In this document: positions 34,960-45,323 of the stretch, in pieces
Position numbering within the stretch: position 1 is the first letter of the stretch
Layout of the letters: each line of letters opens with the position of its first letter
Source: an uncultured Elusimicrobia bacterium
Lineage (GTDB): Bacteria; Elusimicrobiota; Elusimicrobia; Elusimicrobiales; UBA9959
Direction: 5' to 3'
Assembly (NCBI GenBank): GCA_903917735.1
Contig: CAIXBR010000122.1
Location: 1,608-65,607 of the forward strand
Length of the DNA stretch: 64,000 bases
Program-made: the position numbers and the translations under genes
The notes under the pieces: generated by a model
Told to the model about the DNA's origin: nothing
The model's input: only the letters and a program-made list of their open reading frames with translations
Database searches by the model: none

Positions 34960-36450
34960 ATGAAAAAACAACGGTTTGCTTTTTTCCTCTGTGCGGCACT
35001 CTTGGCGCCTGCTTTGGCCCTGGGGGCGAACGGCAAACTTAGAGTTTGCGACGATGTCGCTGACCCGCTGACGCTGGACCCGGGAAAGGAGTTTTCAGAA
35101 AAGAACCACACCCTTTGCCAGCAGATTTTTGAGGGGCTGGTCCGCTTCAATCCGGACGGTCAAATGGAGCCGGCGCTGGCCGTCTCCTGGAACAGGATTG
35201 ACCCCACCCGCATGCGCTTCAATCTGCGCCAAGGCGTGACCTTTCACAACGGGGAACCCTTTGACGCCGAAGCGGTCAAGTTCACCATAGAACGGCTTCT
35301 CGACCCCAAGACCGGGTTCCCGGGCATTGCGCTCATCTCTTCCATCAGCCGTGCCGAGATTGTAGACGCGGTTACTATTGATATCGTGACTAGGTTCCCT
35401 GATGCGCTTTTGCTCAACCGTCTAGCCGGTCTGGTTCTAATTGTGCCCCCGCGCTACATCAGGGAAAAAGGGGACGGTTTTTTGGCTGAAACCCCGGTGG
35501 GTACCGGCGCCTTTATATTTAAAAAATGGGATAAGGGCAGGGAGATCTCCCTTTCCGAAAATCCAAACTACTGGATGAAGGGCTATCCCAAGGTAAAAGA
35601 ACTGACTTTTAAATTCATCCGGCAAGAAGACCAACTGGCCGCTCTTTTTTCCGGCAAGGTTGATTTATTGACAGATCTTCCCGGCACTCAAACCCTGGCT
35701 GTTATGAAACACCCCGGCTTTACCGTGAAGAAAAAGCCCGTGTTGTGCACCATGAACGTGGTGCTAAAACTGCCCTCAGCGCCTTTAAATAACCCGGATG
35801 TACGCAAAGCCCTGAACTATGCCTTGGATAAGAATGCGCTCATCCGCTACGACGTGCTAGGTAACGGCAGGCCCATCGCGACATTTAGCATGCCGGGGGA
35901 AATAGGGCACAATTCCTCCCTCCGTCCTTATGAATTTGATCTAAAGAAAGCCAGGCGGCTCCTTGTCAAAGCAGGATATCCCAACGGCTTCACGCTTAAA
36001 ATGGTTTCCAAGCCGGGCGCGGAAAGGGCGGCAAAAATCATGGCCGCCCAATTCAAGAAAATTGGTGTAAGAATGGATGTAACCATAACCACGGACGCCG
36101 CCCTCATTGGAGAATTTGCCAGCGGGAAATATGATATAGGAATAGGAGATTGCCCGGACCCCATGGCCCACGCCTATTTCGTGCAGTTCATCACGCTTCA
36201 CTCCAAATCGCCGTATTCTCTCAGCGGCATTTACGGCATTGACGCCAAGCTGGAGGATATGGCTTCCGCTGTTGATGAGAAAGCCTCTCTGAAAAAGGCC
36301 CTGGCTCTGGACCAATACATATATGACAACGCCCTAAGTGTATTTACCTATCAGAAGATAGCGGTTTCAGCGCTTAAAAAAAATCTGCGCTTTGAGTTGG
36401 CGGTAATGCGGGTACCGTATTTTTATGCCGCGTATTTTGCGAGGCCCTGA
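34960..36450 (+). CDS. ABC-transporter family-5 (peptide/nickel-type) substrate-binding protein
   Basis: Signal peptide. SBP_bac_5-like blocks (LVRFNPDGQMEPALAVSW; VTFHNGEPFDAEAVKFT; NPNYW). Confidence 0.75.
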   Translation: MKKQRFAFFLCAALLAPALALGANGKLRVCDDVADPLTLDPGKEFSEKNHTLCQQIFEGLVRFNPDGQMEPALAVSWNRIDPTRMRFNLRQGVTFHNGEPFDAEAVKFTIERLLDPKTGFPGIALISSISRAEIVDAVTIDIVTRFPDALLLNRLAGLVLIVPPRYIREKGDGFLAETPVGTGAFIFKKWDKGREISLSENPNYWMKGYPKVKELTFKFIRQEDQLAALFSGKVDLLTDLPGTQTLAVMKHPGFTVKKKPVLCTMNVVLKLPSAPLNNPDVRKALNYALDKNALIRYDVLGNGRPIATFSMPGEIGHNSSLRPYEFDLKKARRLLVKAGYPNGFTLKMVSKPGAERAAKIMAAQFKKIGVRMDVTITTDAALIGEFASGKYDIGIGDCPDPMAHAYFVQFITLHSKSPYSLSGIYGIDAKLEDMASAVDEKASLKKALALDQYIYDNALSVFTYQKIAVSALKKNLRFELAVMRVPYFYAAYFARP

Positions 36451-36456
36451 GAATTT

Positions 36457-38643
36457 ATGCGAAAAATAAGCCTAGCAAACCGGTTTTTTATTACCCTGAT
36501 CCCCATCTCTGTGGGAGGCATTCTTCTGCTTGGGCTGTTAGCCTACGGAATTGTCACGAACCACATCAAGGAGACCATTCACGGGCAAGTGCTGACCCTA
36601 AGCCGTGAAGCCGCCTTTAACATTTCAAATTTCTTCCATTGGAGGGAACTTGATCTGGAGACCGTGGCCGAAAGTCCGCTTTTCACTTATTATCATAATA
36701 ACATCGACTATGCCCTCAAGGCTGAAGCCGAACAATACCGTTTAGAGATAGAACAATACCTGCTGAAATTTTTCAAAAGAACAGGAACTTATAACTGCAT
36801 TATTTTTATTGATGACAAGGGAAAGGAAATAGTCGAGATCGGAAAATCAGCCATTGTCTCCCCAAAAAAAATATTTCCGGATCCGGCGCTCCTGAAACGA
36901 CTGACCAGCCTGCCGCCCGGCGCCTATTATGAATCCGGTGTGCGCGCCGCCCTTACGCCTGCGGCTAATATTCTTTTTGCAAAACCTCTCCGTGACTCTA
37001 CGGGCAGGTTTCGCGGCGCCATTCTGCTGGAGAGCGACCTCAACCCGGTGCTTACTGCGCTCAGCCAGCTGCAAATCGGACATTCCGGCAGCGCCTTCCT
37101 TTCTGACACGTCACTTCACCCCTTACTGATGCCGCCGTCTTTCCTACAGCAAAACCGGCCCCTGCTTCATGAGATTTTCACCAATGAACCTGTGCCGGGA
37201 ACCGATTTTCATATCGTTGTAAAGGCTGACGCCGCCGACTTTATGGCGCCGCTAAAAAAAATCGTTAATTCCACACTGCTGATGATTCTGATCTGCAGTT
37301 TATTGACAGCCATTCTTATTTACCTCCCGATCAGAGCCCTGACACGGCCACTCCTGAGGCTGGTGGAAGCCACAAACCGGATTGCGAAGGGTAATCTGCA
37401 GGAACGAGTTGAAATAAAGCGCTCCGATGAAATAGGCATTCTGGCCAATTCATTTAACACAATGACGAAGAGCCTCGCGGAACGCACCCATCAGCTGGCC
37501 GAAGAACAGCAGCGCCTCTCCGTTACGCTGCGCAGCATCGGCGACGGCGTTATCGCCACGGACATCCGGGGCCGCGTGACACTGTTAAATAAGGCGGCCG
37601 AGGCGCTTACTGGCTGGACTCAAGCGCAAGCGCAGGGAAAGTTTTTCCATGAAGTAGTCAACATCATCAATGAAAAGACCCGGAAGATTTGCGAAAACCC
37701 CATTGAACGAGTGCTGAAAAAGGACCTGGTCCTCGGCTTGGCCGACCATACCATGCTTCTCTCCCGGGACGGAACCGAGCGCAGCATCGCCGACAGCGTG
37801 GCGCCCATTCTGGACCAGGAAGACAAGGTTATAGGGGCGGTTCTGACCTTCCAGGACGTGACGCAGCGCAGAAAAGCCGAGAATGAGATCCTCAGGCTTA
37901 ATGCCGAGCTGGAAAAGCGCGTGGTAGAGCGCACTGCCCAGCTTGAAACGGCCATGGAGGAACTGGAATCTTTCAGCTATTCGGTCTCCCACGACCTGCG
38001 GGCGCCCCTGCGCGCTATGGACGGCTTCAGCCAAGCCATTTTAGAAGAATATCCGGACAAGCTTGATGAGCAGGGCCGGGACTACCTCTTCAGAATAAGA
38101 CGCGGGGCACAGCGAATGTCCCAGATGATTGACGGTTTCCTTCATCTTTCGCGCGCGAACCGCTCCGAGCTGGTCCGCCAGAGCGTGGATCTCGGTGTCC
38201 TGGCCCAAGCCGTGTCGCAGGAACTGCGCCAGTTGAACCCCGGCCGGGAAGTCGAGTTCACAACGGCAGGCGACCTGCGCGCCCAGGGAGATCCCACGCT
38301 GCTGCGGATCGTCCTTGACAACCTGCTGAATAATGCCTGGAAGTTCACCGTGAGGACCGCCAGGGCACGGGTTGAGTTCGGCGCGGCGCCTGCCGCGGAA
38401 GGAATGGTCTATTACGTGCGCGACAATGGGGCCGGCTTCGATGCCGCCCGGACGGACAAACTCTTCGGTGTTTTCCAGCGCCTGCACACCAGCGCCGAGT
38501 TCCCTGGCTCGGGTATAGGTTTGGCCACGGTCCGGCGCATAATCCGGCGCCACGGCGGCCGCGTTTGGGCCGAGGGCGAAGCCGGCATAGGCGCAACTTT
38601 TTACTTTACCCTGCCACAGATCCAAGCCCCGGAGGTTTTATAA
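36457..38643 (+). CDS. Sensor histidine kinase (periplasmic Cache-like domain, HAMP, PAS, HisKA, HATPase_c)
   Basis: Two TM helices flank a ~250-aa periplasmic region. HAMP (RIAKGNLQERVEIKRSDEIGILANSFNTM), PAS segment, H-box FSYSVSHDLRAPL, G-boxes (DNGAGFD; GSGIGLATV). Confidence 0.85.
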   Translation: MRKISLANRFFITLIPISVGGILLLGLLAYGIVTNHIKETIHGQVLTLSREAAFNISNFFHWRELDLETVAESPLFTYYHNNIDYALKAEAEQYRLEIEQYLLKFFKRTGTYNCIIFIDDKGKEIVEIGKSAIVSPKKIFPDPALLKRLTSLPPGAYYESGVRAALTPAANILFAKPLRDSTGRFRGAILLESDLNPVLTALSQLQIGHSGSAFLSDTSLHPLLMPPSFLQQNRPLLHEIFTNEPVPGTDFHIVVKADAADFMAPLKKIVNSTLLMILICSLLTAILIYLPIRALTRPLLRLVEATNRIAKGNLQERVEIKRSDEIGILANSFNTMTKSLAERTHQLAEEQQRLSVTLRSIGDGVIATDIRGRVTLLNKAAEALTGWTQAQAQGKFFHEVVNIINEKTRKICENPIERVLKKDLVLGLADHTMLLSRDGTERSIADSVAPILDQEDKVIGAVLTFQDVTQRRKAENEILRLNAELEKRVVERTAQLETAMEELESFSYSVSHDLRAPLRAMDGFSQAILEEYPDKLDEQGRDYLFRIRRGAQRMSQMIDGFLHLSRANRSELVRQSVDLGVLAQAVSQELRQLNPGREVEFTTAGDLRAQGDPTLLRIVLDNLLNNAWKFTVRTARARVEFGAAPAAEGMVYYVRDNGAGFDAARTDKLFGVFQRLHTSAEFPGSGIGLATVRRIIRRHGGRVWAEGEAGIGATFYFTLPQIQAPEVL

Positions 38644-38651
38644 AAAAGAAA

Positions 38652-39098
38652 GTGATTTTGTTAGTAGAAGACAACCCCGACGATGAAGCGCTGACCCTGC
38701 GCGCCCTCAAGAAACACAATCTCTTCGATGAAGTCGTTGTGGTGAGGGACGGCGCTGAGGCGCTTGAGTGGCTCTTCATCACCGACCGCCACGCCCAAAG
38801 GGACACGGATGTGGTGCCCATGGTCGTTCTGCTGGACCTCAAATTGCCCAGGCTCGACGGCCTGGAGGTGCTCCGGCGCATCCGCGGCGACGCCAGAACC
38901 CGGACCCAGCCGGTGGTCATCCTCACCTCCTCCCAGGAGGAACAGGACATTATCAGCAGCTACCAGCTGGGGGCTAACAGCTACGTGCGCAAGCAGGTGA
39001 AGTTTGAGAGCTTCATGGAGGCGGTCGGCAGACTCGGCCTCTACTGGATGCTGCTCAACGAGCCCCCTCTTTTCGAAAAAACTTCCGGAAGCCGATAA
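38652..39098 (+). CDS. Stand-alone response-regulator receiver protein
   Basis: Track ORF 38565..39098. A GTG at 38652 gives ILLVEDNPDDE...VVLLDLKLPRLDG...VVILTSS (receiver DD/D/T/K pattern). The start codon choice is uncertain. Confidence 0.75.
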   Translation: MILLVEDNPDDEALTLRALKKHNLFDEVVVVRDGAEALEWLFITDRHAQRDTDVVPMVVLLDLKLPRLDGLEVLRRIRGDARTRTQPVVILTSSQEEQDIISSYQLGANSYVRKQVKFESFMEAVGRLGLYWMLLNEPPLFEKTSGSR

Positions 39099-39183
39099 GT
39101 CTGAAAAGTGACCCTCGAACTGCCCCGTTCTAGGAGCCTGTCCGATATAAGCTTTTTAAGCGGTGTTGCGTTATGGAACCTAT

Positions 39184-39303
39184 CCCGGCTGACGACTGAC
39201 CCGCCCAACCACCACTCCGCACGCCCGGCCGCCGCCGGGCGCGGAAGGAACCCTCAAATCTCCGAAAAAACAAGCGATAATCGCGCTTATGTTGTCTACA
39301 AAT
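39184..39303 (+). repeat. Intergenic repeat family, modules 1+2 (copy A)
   Basis: Module 1 (CCCGGCTGACGAC...CCCGGCCGCCGCCGGGCGCGG) aligns with 53437-53498. Module 2 (...CGAAAAAACAAGCGATAATCGCGCTTATGTTGTCTACAAAT) aligns with the ends of copies B and C. Confidence 0.7.
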
Positions 39304-39318
39304 AGCGTCCCCTGCGCC

Positions 39319-41091
39319 TTATCGCTCAGGTTTTATTTCGGTGGTAAGCACCACATCTTCCCAGGCATTATTGACCACGCGCAAATCTTTGCGCATCCCC
39401 TTGCGCTCCACAGTGATGGTATACACGTCGCCATCCTTGAGAGATCCCCAGTCCCGGTCGAACTTGAGATAGCTCTCCATCGAAGTCACCGGATCTCCGT
39501 TTATTGCCTTTACAACATCCTTCCGGCGTATACCCGCAAGGTATCCGGCCTTGTCCTGGTCCGCATCATAAACATACGCGCCATCGATAGCTTCCGAGTC
39601 CACTACGGACAGACCAAGTCCGATATGCCGGTGCGTGGCGACGTTGCTGTATTTATCCCCGAGTTTTACGATCCGCGGAGTTTTCACCATGAATTTTTTC
39701 ATGGAGATATCTACGGTCTTGCCTGCGCGAAGCACCGAACAAGGGATGGCGCCGCCTGGCGGCAGTGCCTCAAAGGACGACCGCAGCTCCGCAAGGGCAT
39801 CCTTCCCGGCCAGTGCATCCCCTTTCAGCGCTGTAATTTTTTCGCCGCACCGTAGGCCTGCCCGATATGCGGCCTCAGTTATTTTAACGCCGTCCACCCG
39901 AAGACCTTCAGGCACGGAGGAGCTTACCATTATCCCCAGTCCGGCCGGTTCCTCATCATATATCAGACCGAGCTTCGCGTAGGAAGCCACCAGTTGCGGA
40001 TAAAAATCGTACAACGTCCGGTACTTGGTTCTGTCATCCTCGTAATCGCCCAGCAGGGCAAAATAGTCGCGTATGAAAACGTAGCCGCGGTCCTCAAGAT
40101 CTTTCAGGAATGTTTCTGCGGCTGCAGGGCCGTTCCTGCGGTATATTATCCGCGAGGCGATGGCGTTGGTAAGAAGTTCACCGCCGGCAAAATCGCTCCA
40201 GTTTGAATACCCCCAGCGGCTGGCCTTTTTGACGACTCCGGGGAAAAGATAAGAATAGGCGGCAAGCTGCGGGTCGAACTTGTCCGCCACCGGGTTGGAG
40301 AAGGAATGACCGAACTCGTGCAAGGCCAGCGATGTCCATTCGCCGTTGAACCCGTACGCCCCGTTCTTTTCATCCTCAATTATCCCCATAAGGTAGAACG
40401 CCGTGGTCTTGCCGTCGTCATGCGTAATGGAAATGCCGAAATTGCCTCCGTTCGGCAGTTGCATGGGCGATGGGGCCAGCACGAAGCCGGCAAAATCGCG
40501 CCTGGCATGGAAATCCTCAAGGTCGCCAATGAGGTCCCACTCGGGCAGGGAGGCGGCGGTCTGCGCTACGTAGGAAGAATAGATCTCCTCATGGGCTTTC
40601 AGGAAAGCGGGAAAATCGGCCTTCCGGTAGAAATCGCGCACCTTCTCCCAGTAGGCGTCCAGATAAGCGGCTTTGGCGGCGCGGTCTCCTGCGGGAACAC
40701 CTTCAGCTACCACGCCGTCCAATAGAGAATTCTTGTATGGGGCTATGCGTTTACCATCCGGCAGGTCGGCGAAATACAGCGGCAGTTCGGCGAAGTCGCT
40801 GAACCCATCCGAAGTCCAGCCTTTTTTATCGTTGCTGCAGACGCCGCGCACGGCCGGATGCGTCTTGAAGGCGGAAAAAGTATTGATCGCGTCCTCGGTA
40901 AGTGGGAGATGGATCTTCGGGTTCCGCAGTTCTCCCGCGCAATCCGCCATGTTCAGAACGGCGTTCATCACTTCGCTGTTCAGATTTATTTTCACCAGCA
41001 TCTTGCCGTTCTGCTTTTGAGGGAGTTCCACTGCCCCAAGCAACTGCACGGGCAGCAACAGAACGAAAGAAATAAAAGCACGCGTCCCCAT
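39319..41091 (-). CDS. Secreted HExxH (DUF4932-like) putative metallopeptidase with C-terminal PDZ domains
   Basis: Signal peptide. HExxH (LALHEFGHSFSNP), similar to the 1805..3310 product. PDZ-like segments (GLRCGEKITALKGDAL; GYLAGIRRKDVVKAINGDPV). Confidence 0.65.
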   Translation of the reverse strand: MGTRAFISFVLLLPVQLLGAVELPQKQNGKMLVKINLNSEVMNAVLNMADCAGELRNPKIHLPLTEDAINTFSAFKTHPAVRGVCSNDKKGWTSDGFSDFAELPLYFADLPDGKRIAPYKNSLLDGVVAEGVPAGDRAAKAAYLDAYWEKVRDFYRKADFPAFLKAHEEIYSSYVAQTAASLPEWDLIGDLEDFHARRDFAGFVLAPSPMQLPNGGNFGISITHDDGKTTAFYLMGIIEDEKNGAYGFNGEWTSLALHEFGHSFSNPVADKFDPQLAAYSYLFPGVVKKASRWGYSNWSDFAGGELLTNAIASRIIYRRNGPAAAETFLKDLEDRGYVFIRDYFALLGDYEDDRTKYRTLYDFYPQLVASYAKLGLIYDEEPAGLGIMVSSSVPEGLRVDGVKITEAAYRAGLRCGEKITALKGDALAGKDALAELRSSFEALPPGGAIPCSVLRAGKTVDISMKKFMVKTPRIVKLGDKYSNVATHRHIGLGLSVVDSEAIDGAYVYDADQDKAGYLAGIRRKDVVKAINGDPVTSMESYLKFDRDWGSLKDGDVYTITVERKGMRKDLRVVNNAWEDVVLTTEIKPER

Positions 41092-41587
41092 TTGTGTAGC
41101 CTCCTGTAGCGTAAGCTATCCGTATTATATGAAAAGCGCGGATGAGTGACGCACGGACCTCCTTGTTTCATACCCGACGCCTACGGAATCATATGAACAT
41201 GATGCGCCGGCCCTCCGAAAAGTTCAATATGTATCGATATCGTACGCGAGCTTGCGGTTCACTATCGCCATTGCGTCAAGCCGCGCCGCGCCCTGTTCGA
41301 CCAAAACAAAACCGCCGGGCTTCCCCGGCGCCTGTGCGCAATGCGACGAATGTTAATAACAAGTCAAAAAGTTACCAGCGTCCTATCCTTTGTTGATACT
41401 GCCGCGCTATGTATAGTCTTACGGAACGCAATTCCCAGGTTGGGGATATGTGCGCTTATGAACAGTTTAAGTCATTGGAACCACCGGTTAACTGGTTAAC
41501 AATGCGCGGCCTGTGCCATATAGCAAAGTGCGTTTTCGGGCAACAAATCCATTTTTCTATTTTGTTTTGGCAAAAAAGTGAAAATAA

Positions 41588-41617
41588 TTGACAAAGCGGG
41601 TCTATTTGCTGTATTCT
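41588..41617 (+). promoter_or_regulatory. Candidate sigma70 promoter of the pilus-like cluster
   Basis: TTGACA (41588-41593), an 18-nt spacer, then TATTCT (41612-41617), about 115 nt upstream of the receiver gene, in an AT-rich 640-nt intergenic region. Confidence 0.45.
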
Positions 41618-41733
41618 AATATAGTCATAGGGGGGGGTGTTGACACCAGTTGCGAGCTGTTCATTCCATAGCTAAAAAGCATATAAATCATGCACAGCAA
41701 ACCCGAAAGACCCGAAAACTGAGGTAAAGTTCA

Positions 41734-42102
41734 ATGAGAAAAAAAATATTGATTTGTGATGACGATAGCACTTTGCTGAACGTGTACCAGTTTATCCTTG
41801 CAAAAGAGAATGCTGATATAATAACACTATCCAGCTCCAACGAACTTTTCTCAACGGCCAAGCAGCAGGTTCCCGCACTGATCATTCTTGATATCATGAT
41901 GCCTGACAAGGACGGCATCAGGGTGCTGCAGGAATTACATGGCGACCCCGTAACCGCCTCCATACCGGTGATAATGGCGTCCGCCGTTGTGAAACCGGAA
42001 ATATGGAAACAGGCGATAAAATTCGGCGCGAGGGAATTTTTGGAGAAACCGTTCAATATGACCAAGATGCGTGAGACGATCCGCAAATATATTGCGCCGT
42101 AA
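41734..42102 (+). CDS. CheY-like single-domain response regulator (first gene of the pilus-like cluster)
   Basis: Receiver pattern ILICDDDSTLL...LIILDIMMPDKDG...IPVIMASA...K. Confidence 0.8.
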   Translation: MRKKILICDDDSTLLNVYQFILAKENADIITLSSSNELFSTAKQQVPALIILDIMMPDKDGIRVLQELHGDPVTASIPVIMASAVVKPEIWKQAIKFGAREFLEKPFNMTKMRETIRKYIAP

Positions 42103-42134
42103 ACGATAGTCAAATAATGGATTAAAATCCAACT

Positions 42135-43889
42135 ATGAAAAACAAATCAGACCGGGAAACACTCGGTTCGGCATTAATTTCTGTCGGCGTGATATCTTCT
42201 GAGAATTATCAGGCCGCGCTGGAAAAAGCAGGGGGCGATGAGAGAAAGATACCCGAAGCGCTGATCTCTCTCGGGTTATGCACCGAAGACCAGATAATAA
42301 AAGGCCTGGGTGTAAAAAGCAACATGCCCTGTTTTACTTCACTGGAAGGGCTTGTGGAAGCCGACATTAAAACGCTGGTGCCCGAGTCTATCTGCAGAAG
42401 ATACCAGGTAATGCCGTTGTTCAGGCAGGGCGAGTTGTTAATGGTGGCGATGCTGGACCCCTACGATATTTATGCGATCGATGAAATAGCCCGGTGCACG
42501 AAAATGCATGTGCAGCCCGTGATCAGCGGCAGGAAAGCTATTTTTGACGCGATCCAGTCAGAATACACAAAATCCAAAGAAGAGCTGAAAAAGGAAGAAA
42601 AAACCGAGGTAACCGCTAATATCCAGAAGGCGGTGGAGGATTTTAAAACCGATCTTCTGCCCGAACATGAACAACTTGAGATAGTTACAGGCATCATGGA
42701 AGGTAAAGCGTCGGAGGATGGGCAACCCATAATTAAACTCGTGGATCACATCATCTATGACGCCATAGACAGGAAAGCCTCGGACATACATATTGAACCC
42801 TGGACGGATAAGCTGAGCGTAAGATACAGGCTGGACGGAATATTGCACAAGGTGATGGAGCTGCCGAGGGAACTCGGCGCCTCAATTACCGCCAGATTAA
42901 AAATAATGGCCCGGATGGATATTACAATAACCAGAAGCCCGCAGGACGGTAAAATTCAGGTCAAACTTCCCTCCGGGCTTATTGATCTGCGCGTAAGCAC
43001 CCTTCCGCTGACCACGGGAGAAAAAACCGCGATAAGAATACTTGACAAGCAGGCCATGACGCCCGACCTGACGAAGCTCGGCTTCCCCCCTGAAATGTTC
43101 ACTGAATTTGCGAAAATAATCAGAAGCGCCAATGGGATTATCCTTGTAACGGGTCCCACCGGGTCGGGTAAGACAACCACGCTTTACTCGGCTTTGAAAA
43201 CGATAACCGATGAAACAAAGAACATTTCCACGCTGGAAGATCCGGTGGAATACCAGATCGACGGCATCTGCCAGGTGCAGGTCAATCCAGGTACGGGAAT
43301 GACCTTCGCCAACGGGCTCAGAGCGCTGCTAAGGCAGGACCCTAATGTGATCCTGGTGGGGGAAATCCGGGACACTGAAACAGCGGAAATAGCTATCCAG
43401 GCCGCGCTGACGGGGCATCTGGTCCTGTCAACGCTCCATACCAACGACGCAGTCGGCGCGATAGCCCGGCTCAATAACATGAAGACAGACCCTTTCCTGC
43501 TTAATTCGTCGTTAAGGGGCGTTCTGGCGCAGCGGCTTGTCCGGTTGCTTTGCCCTATTTGCCGCGTGCCTTATACGCCCGCAGAGGCGCTGCTTAAAAA
43601 CCTGGGTCTGAAAAAAGAAAACGGACCCTACACATTTTACGCAGAAAAAGAGAAAGGCTGCGATAAATGTTACAATTCCGGCTTCAAAGGCCGGAGAGGA
43701 ATTTTTGAATTTCTTCCGCTGGTTTCAGGTGTCCGTGAACAGATAACCCAAAAAGGCGCTTATGACAAGATTGAAGAAGCGGCGGTAAAGGCGGGTTTTA
43801 AGACCATGCGCCTGCATGGCATTGAAAAGATAATACAAGGCGAGACAACGGTGGAAGAAGTTTTGCGGGTTACCAGGGCCGAAAACTGA
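42135..43889 (+). CDS. GspE/PilB-family type II/IV secretion assembly ATPase
   Basis: N-terminal T2SSE_N-like domain. Walker A GPTGSGKTTTLYS, Asp box, Walker B (ILVGEIRD), His box (GHLVLSTLHTNDA), tetracysteine motif (CPIC...CDKC). Confidence 0.9.
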   Translation: MKNKSDRETLGSALISVGVISSENYQAALEKAGGDERKIPEALISLGLCTEDQIIKGLGVKSNMPCFTSLEGLVEADIKTLVPESICRRYQVMPLFRQGELLMVAMLDPYDIYAIDEIARCTKMHVQPVISGRKAIFDAIQSEYTKSKEELKKEEKTEVTANIQKAVEDFKTDLLPEHEQLEIVTGIMEGKASEDGQPIIKLVDHIIYDAIDRKASDIHIEPWTDKLSVRYRLDGILHKVMELPRELGASITARLKIMARMDITITRSPQDGKIQVKLPSGLIDLRVSTLPLTTGEKTAIRILDKQAMTPDLTKLGFPPEMFTEFAKIIRSANGIILVTGPTGSGKTTTLYSALKTITDETKNISTLEDPVEYQIDGICQVQVNPGTGMTFANGLRALLRQDPNVILVGEIRDTETAEIAIQAALTGHLVLSTLHTNDAVGAIARLNNMKTDPFLLNSSLRGVLAQRLVRLLCPICRVPYTPAEALLKNLGLKKENGPYTFYAEKEKGCDKCYNSGFKGRRGIFEFLPLVSGVREQITQKGAYDKIEEAAVKAGFKTMRLHGIEKIIQGETTVEEVLRVTRAEN

Positions 43890-45193
43890 TGGCTATATTC
43901 ACGTATAAAGCGATTGACCGCTCAGGTAAAGAAATTTCCGGGCAGACCTTCTCACCCACAAAGGATGAGCTGATCGCAAGACTGGGAAAGGACGGCCTGT
44001 ATCTTATCACCTGGAAAGAGATCGAGGATTTATCGTCCCAGGGCAGCGAAGTCCGGTTTCCCGACATGAAACTGTCTTTGTGGCGTAAACTTTCCCACGC
44101 CTGGCGCGCCTGGACTCCCCGTCGTAGCACCTACACGGATAGTAGGCAGATACGAGGCAGTATTAATGGTAAAACCCTGGCAACAATTACCTGGCAGATG
44201 TCCATCGGCCTAAAAAGCGGAATAACTCTGGCCGCAATACTGAATGCGATTGGAAAAGAAACCGAGGACGGGAAAGTAAGGTATATTTTTAATTTTATTT
44301 ACGAGAGAATAAATTCGGGACATACCTTGGCGGAGTCGCTGGCCTTTTTCCCGAGTGTTTTTTCCGTTATCTACATTAACATGGTGCGCGCCGGCGAGGC
44401 GGGCGGTTTCCTGCCAAGGGCACTTGAGGAAGCCTCCGCTTACCTGAAAAAACAGGACCGGCTGAATAAAAAAATCAAATCCATGATGATTTATCCCGTC
44501 ATGCTTACCGTGATCGCGACGTGTATTATTATTTTCATGGCGACTTTTATCATGCCTGTTTTTGCGCAGGTGTTTGCGGGCCTGAATGTGGAACTGCCGC
44601 TGCTTACCAGAATGCTCCTTTTTAGTTTCGGCTTGCTCCGGAAATTTCTTTTTGTGTGGCTGGGACTGCTTGCCATAGCGCTTTATTTTGCCCGTAGAAT
44701 TTACAAAAATATCGGTTTCAATCTGACCATTGACAGACTTATCCTCAAAATCCCGTTTTTAGGCGTGCTTTTGCTGAAACTCGCTCTTTCCAGGTTTCTG
44801 GGAACGCTTGCGGTTCTGCTTAAGACCAGCGTCAGCATACTTGATTCCCTGGTGATTGGCAAGGCCGTGGCCGGCAATACCGCGCTGGCGCTGGAGATAT
44901 CCGAAATTTACAAAGCGGTCCAATCGGGAAAACCGTTGGCGGAGAAAATGACTGTAAGCCAGTATTTCCCGACGATGGTGGCTATGATGGTTTCAAACGG
45001 CGAGAAGTCCGGAAATTTACCCGAGGCGCTGGATAAAGTGACGGAATATTATGTTGAAGAAGTGGATATCGCCGTTTCGGATACGCTGGCCATCATGGAA
45101 CCGCTGATTGTTGTGGTTATGGGGTTCACTATCGCTGTAATAGCGGCGGGGCTTCTTCTGCCGATGTTTGACCTCCCCGGTTACATTGAGTAA
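43889..45193 (+). CDS. GspF/PilC-family platform protein
   Basis: Start overlaps the ATPase stop. Duplicated T2SSF-type domains with 3 TM segments (e.g. GHTLAESLAFFPSVFSVIYINMVRAGEAGG; GKPLAEKMTVSQYFPTMVAMMVSNGEKSGNL). Confidence 0.85.
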   Translation: MAIFTYKAIDRSGKEISGQTFSPTKDELIARLGKDGLYLITWKEIEDLSSQGSEVRFPDMKLSLWRKLSHAWRAWTPRRSTYTDSRQIRGSINGKTLATITWQMSIGLKSGITLAAILNAIGKETEDGKVRYIFNFIYERINSGHTLAESLAFFPSVFSVIYINMVRAGEAGGFLPRALEEASAYLKKQDRLNKKIKSMMIYPVMLTVIATCIIIFMATFIMPVFAQVFAGLNVELPLLTRMLLFSFGLLRKFLFVWLGLLAIALYFARRIYKNIGFNLTIDRLILKIPFLGVLLLKLALSRFLGTLAVLLKTSVSILDSLVIGKAVAGNTALALEISEIYKAVQSGKPLAEKMTVSQYFPTMVAMMVSNGEKSGNLPEALDKVTEYYVEEVDIAVSDTLAIMEPLIVVVMGFTIAVIAAGLLLPMFDLPGYIE

Positions 45194-45323
45194 AAAGGTT
45201 TTTCACTAAATGTCGCTGTAAGTTATATAAATGCCGGCTTAAAGATTTTCACTGCAACGTGGTGGAATAGAACAATCTCCGTAACTTGCAAAAAATGATT
45301 CTTGAAAAGCCGGAGGGAATATA

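Noticed and set aside
38565-38651. Extended start (ATG 38565) for the receiver gene, overlapping the kinase by 79 nt.
   Set aside because: The extra 29 residues (MGRGRSRHRRNFLLYPATDPSPGGF...) are not receiver-like and lie inside the kinase coding frame. A GTG at 38652 gives a canonical receiver N-terminus. This remains uncertain.
41142-41591. Track ORFs 41142..41396 (84 aa) and 41409..41591 (60 aa) in the long intergenic region.
   Set aside because: They have no SD and unusual composition, and they lie in an AT-rich promoter region between divergent genes. Nothing supports them as coding.
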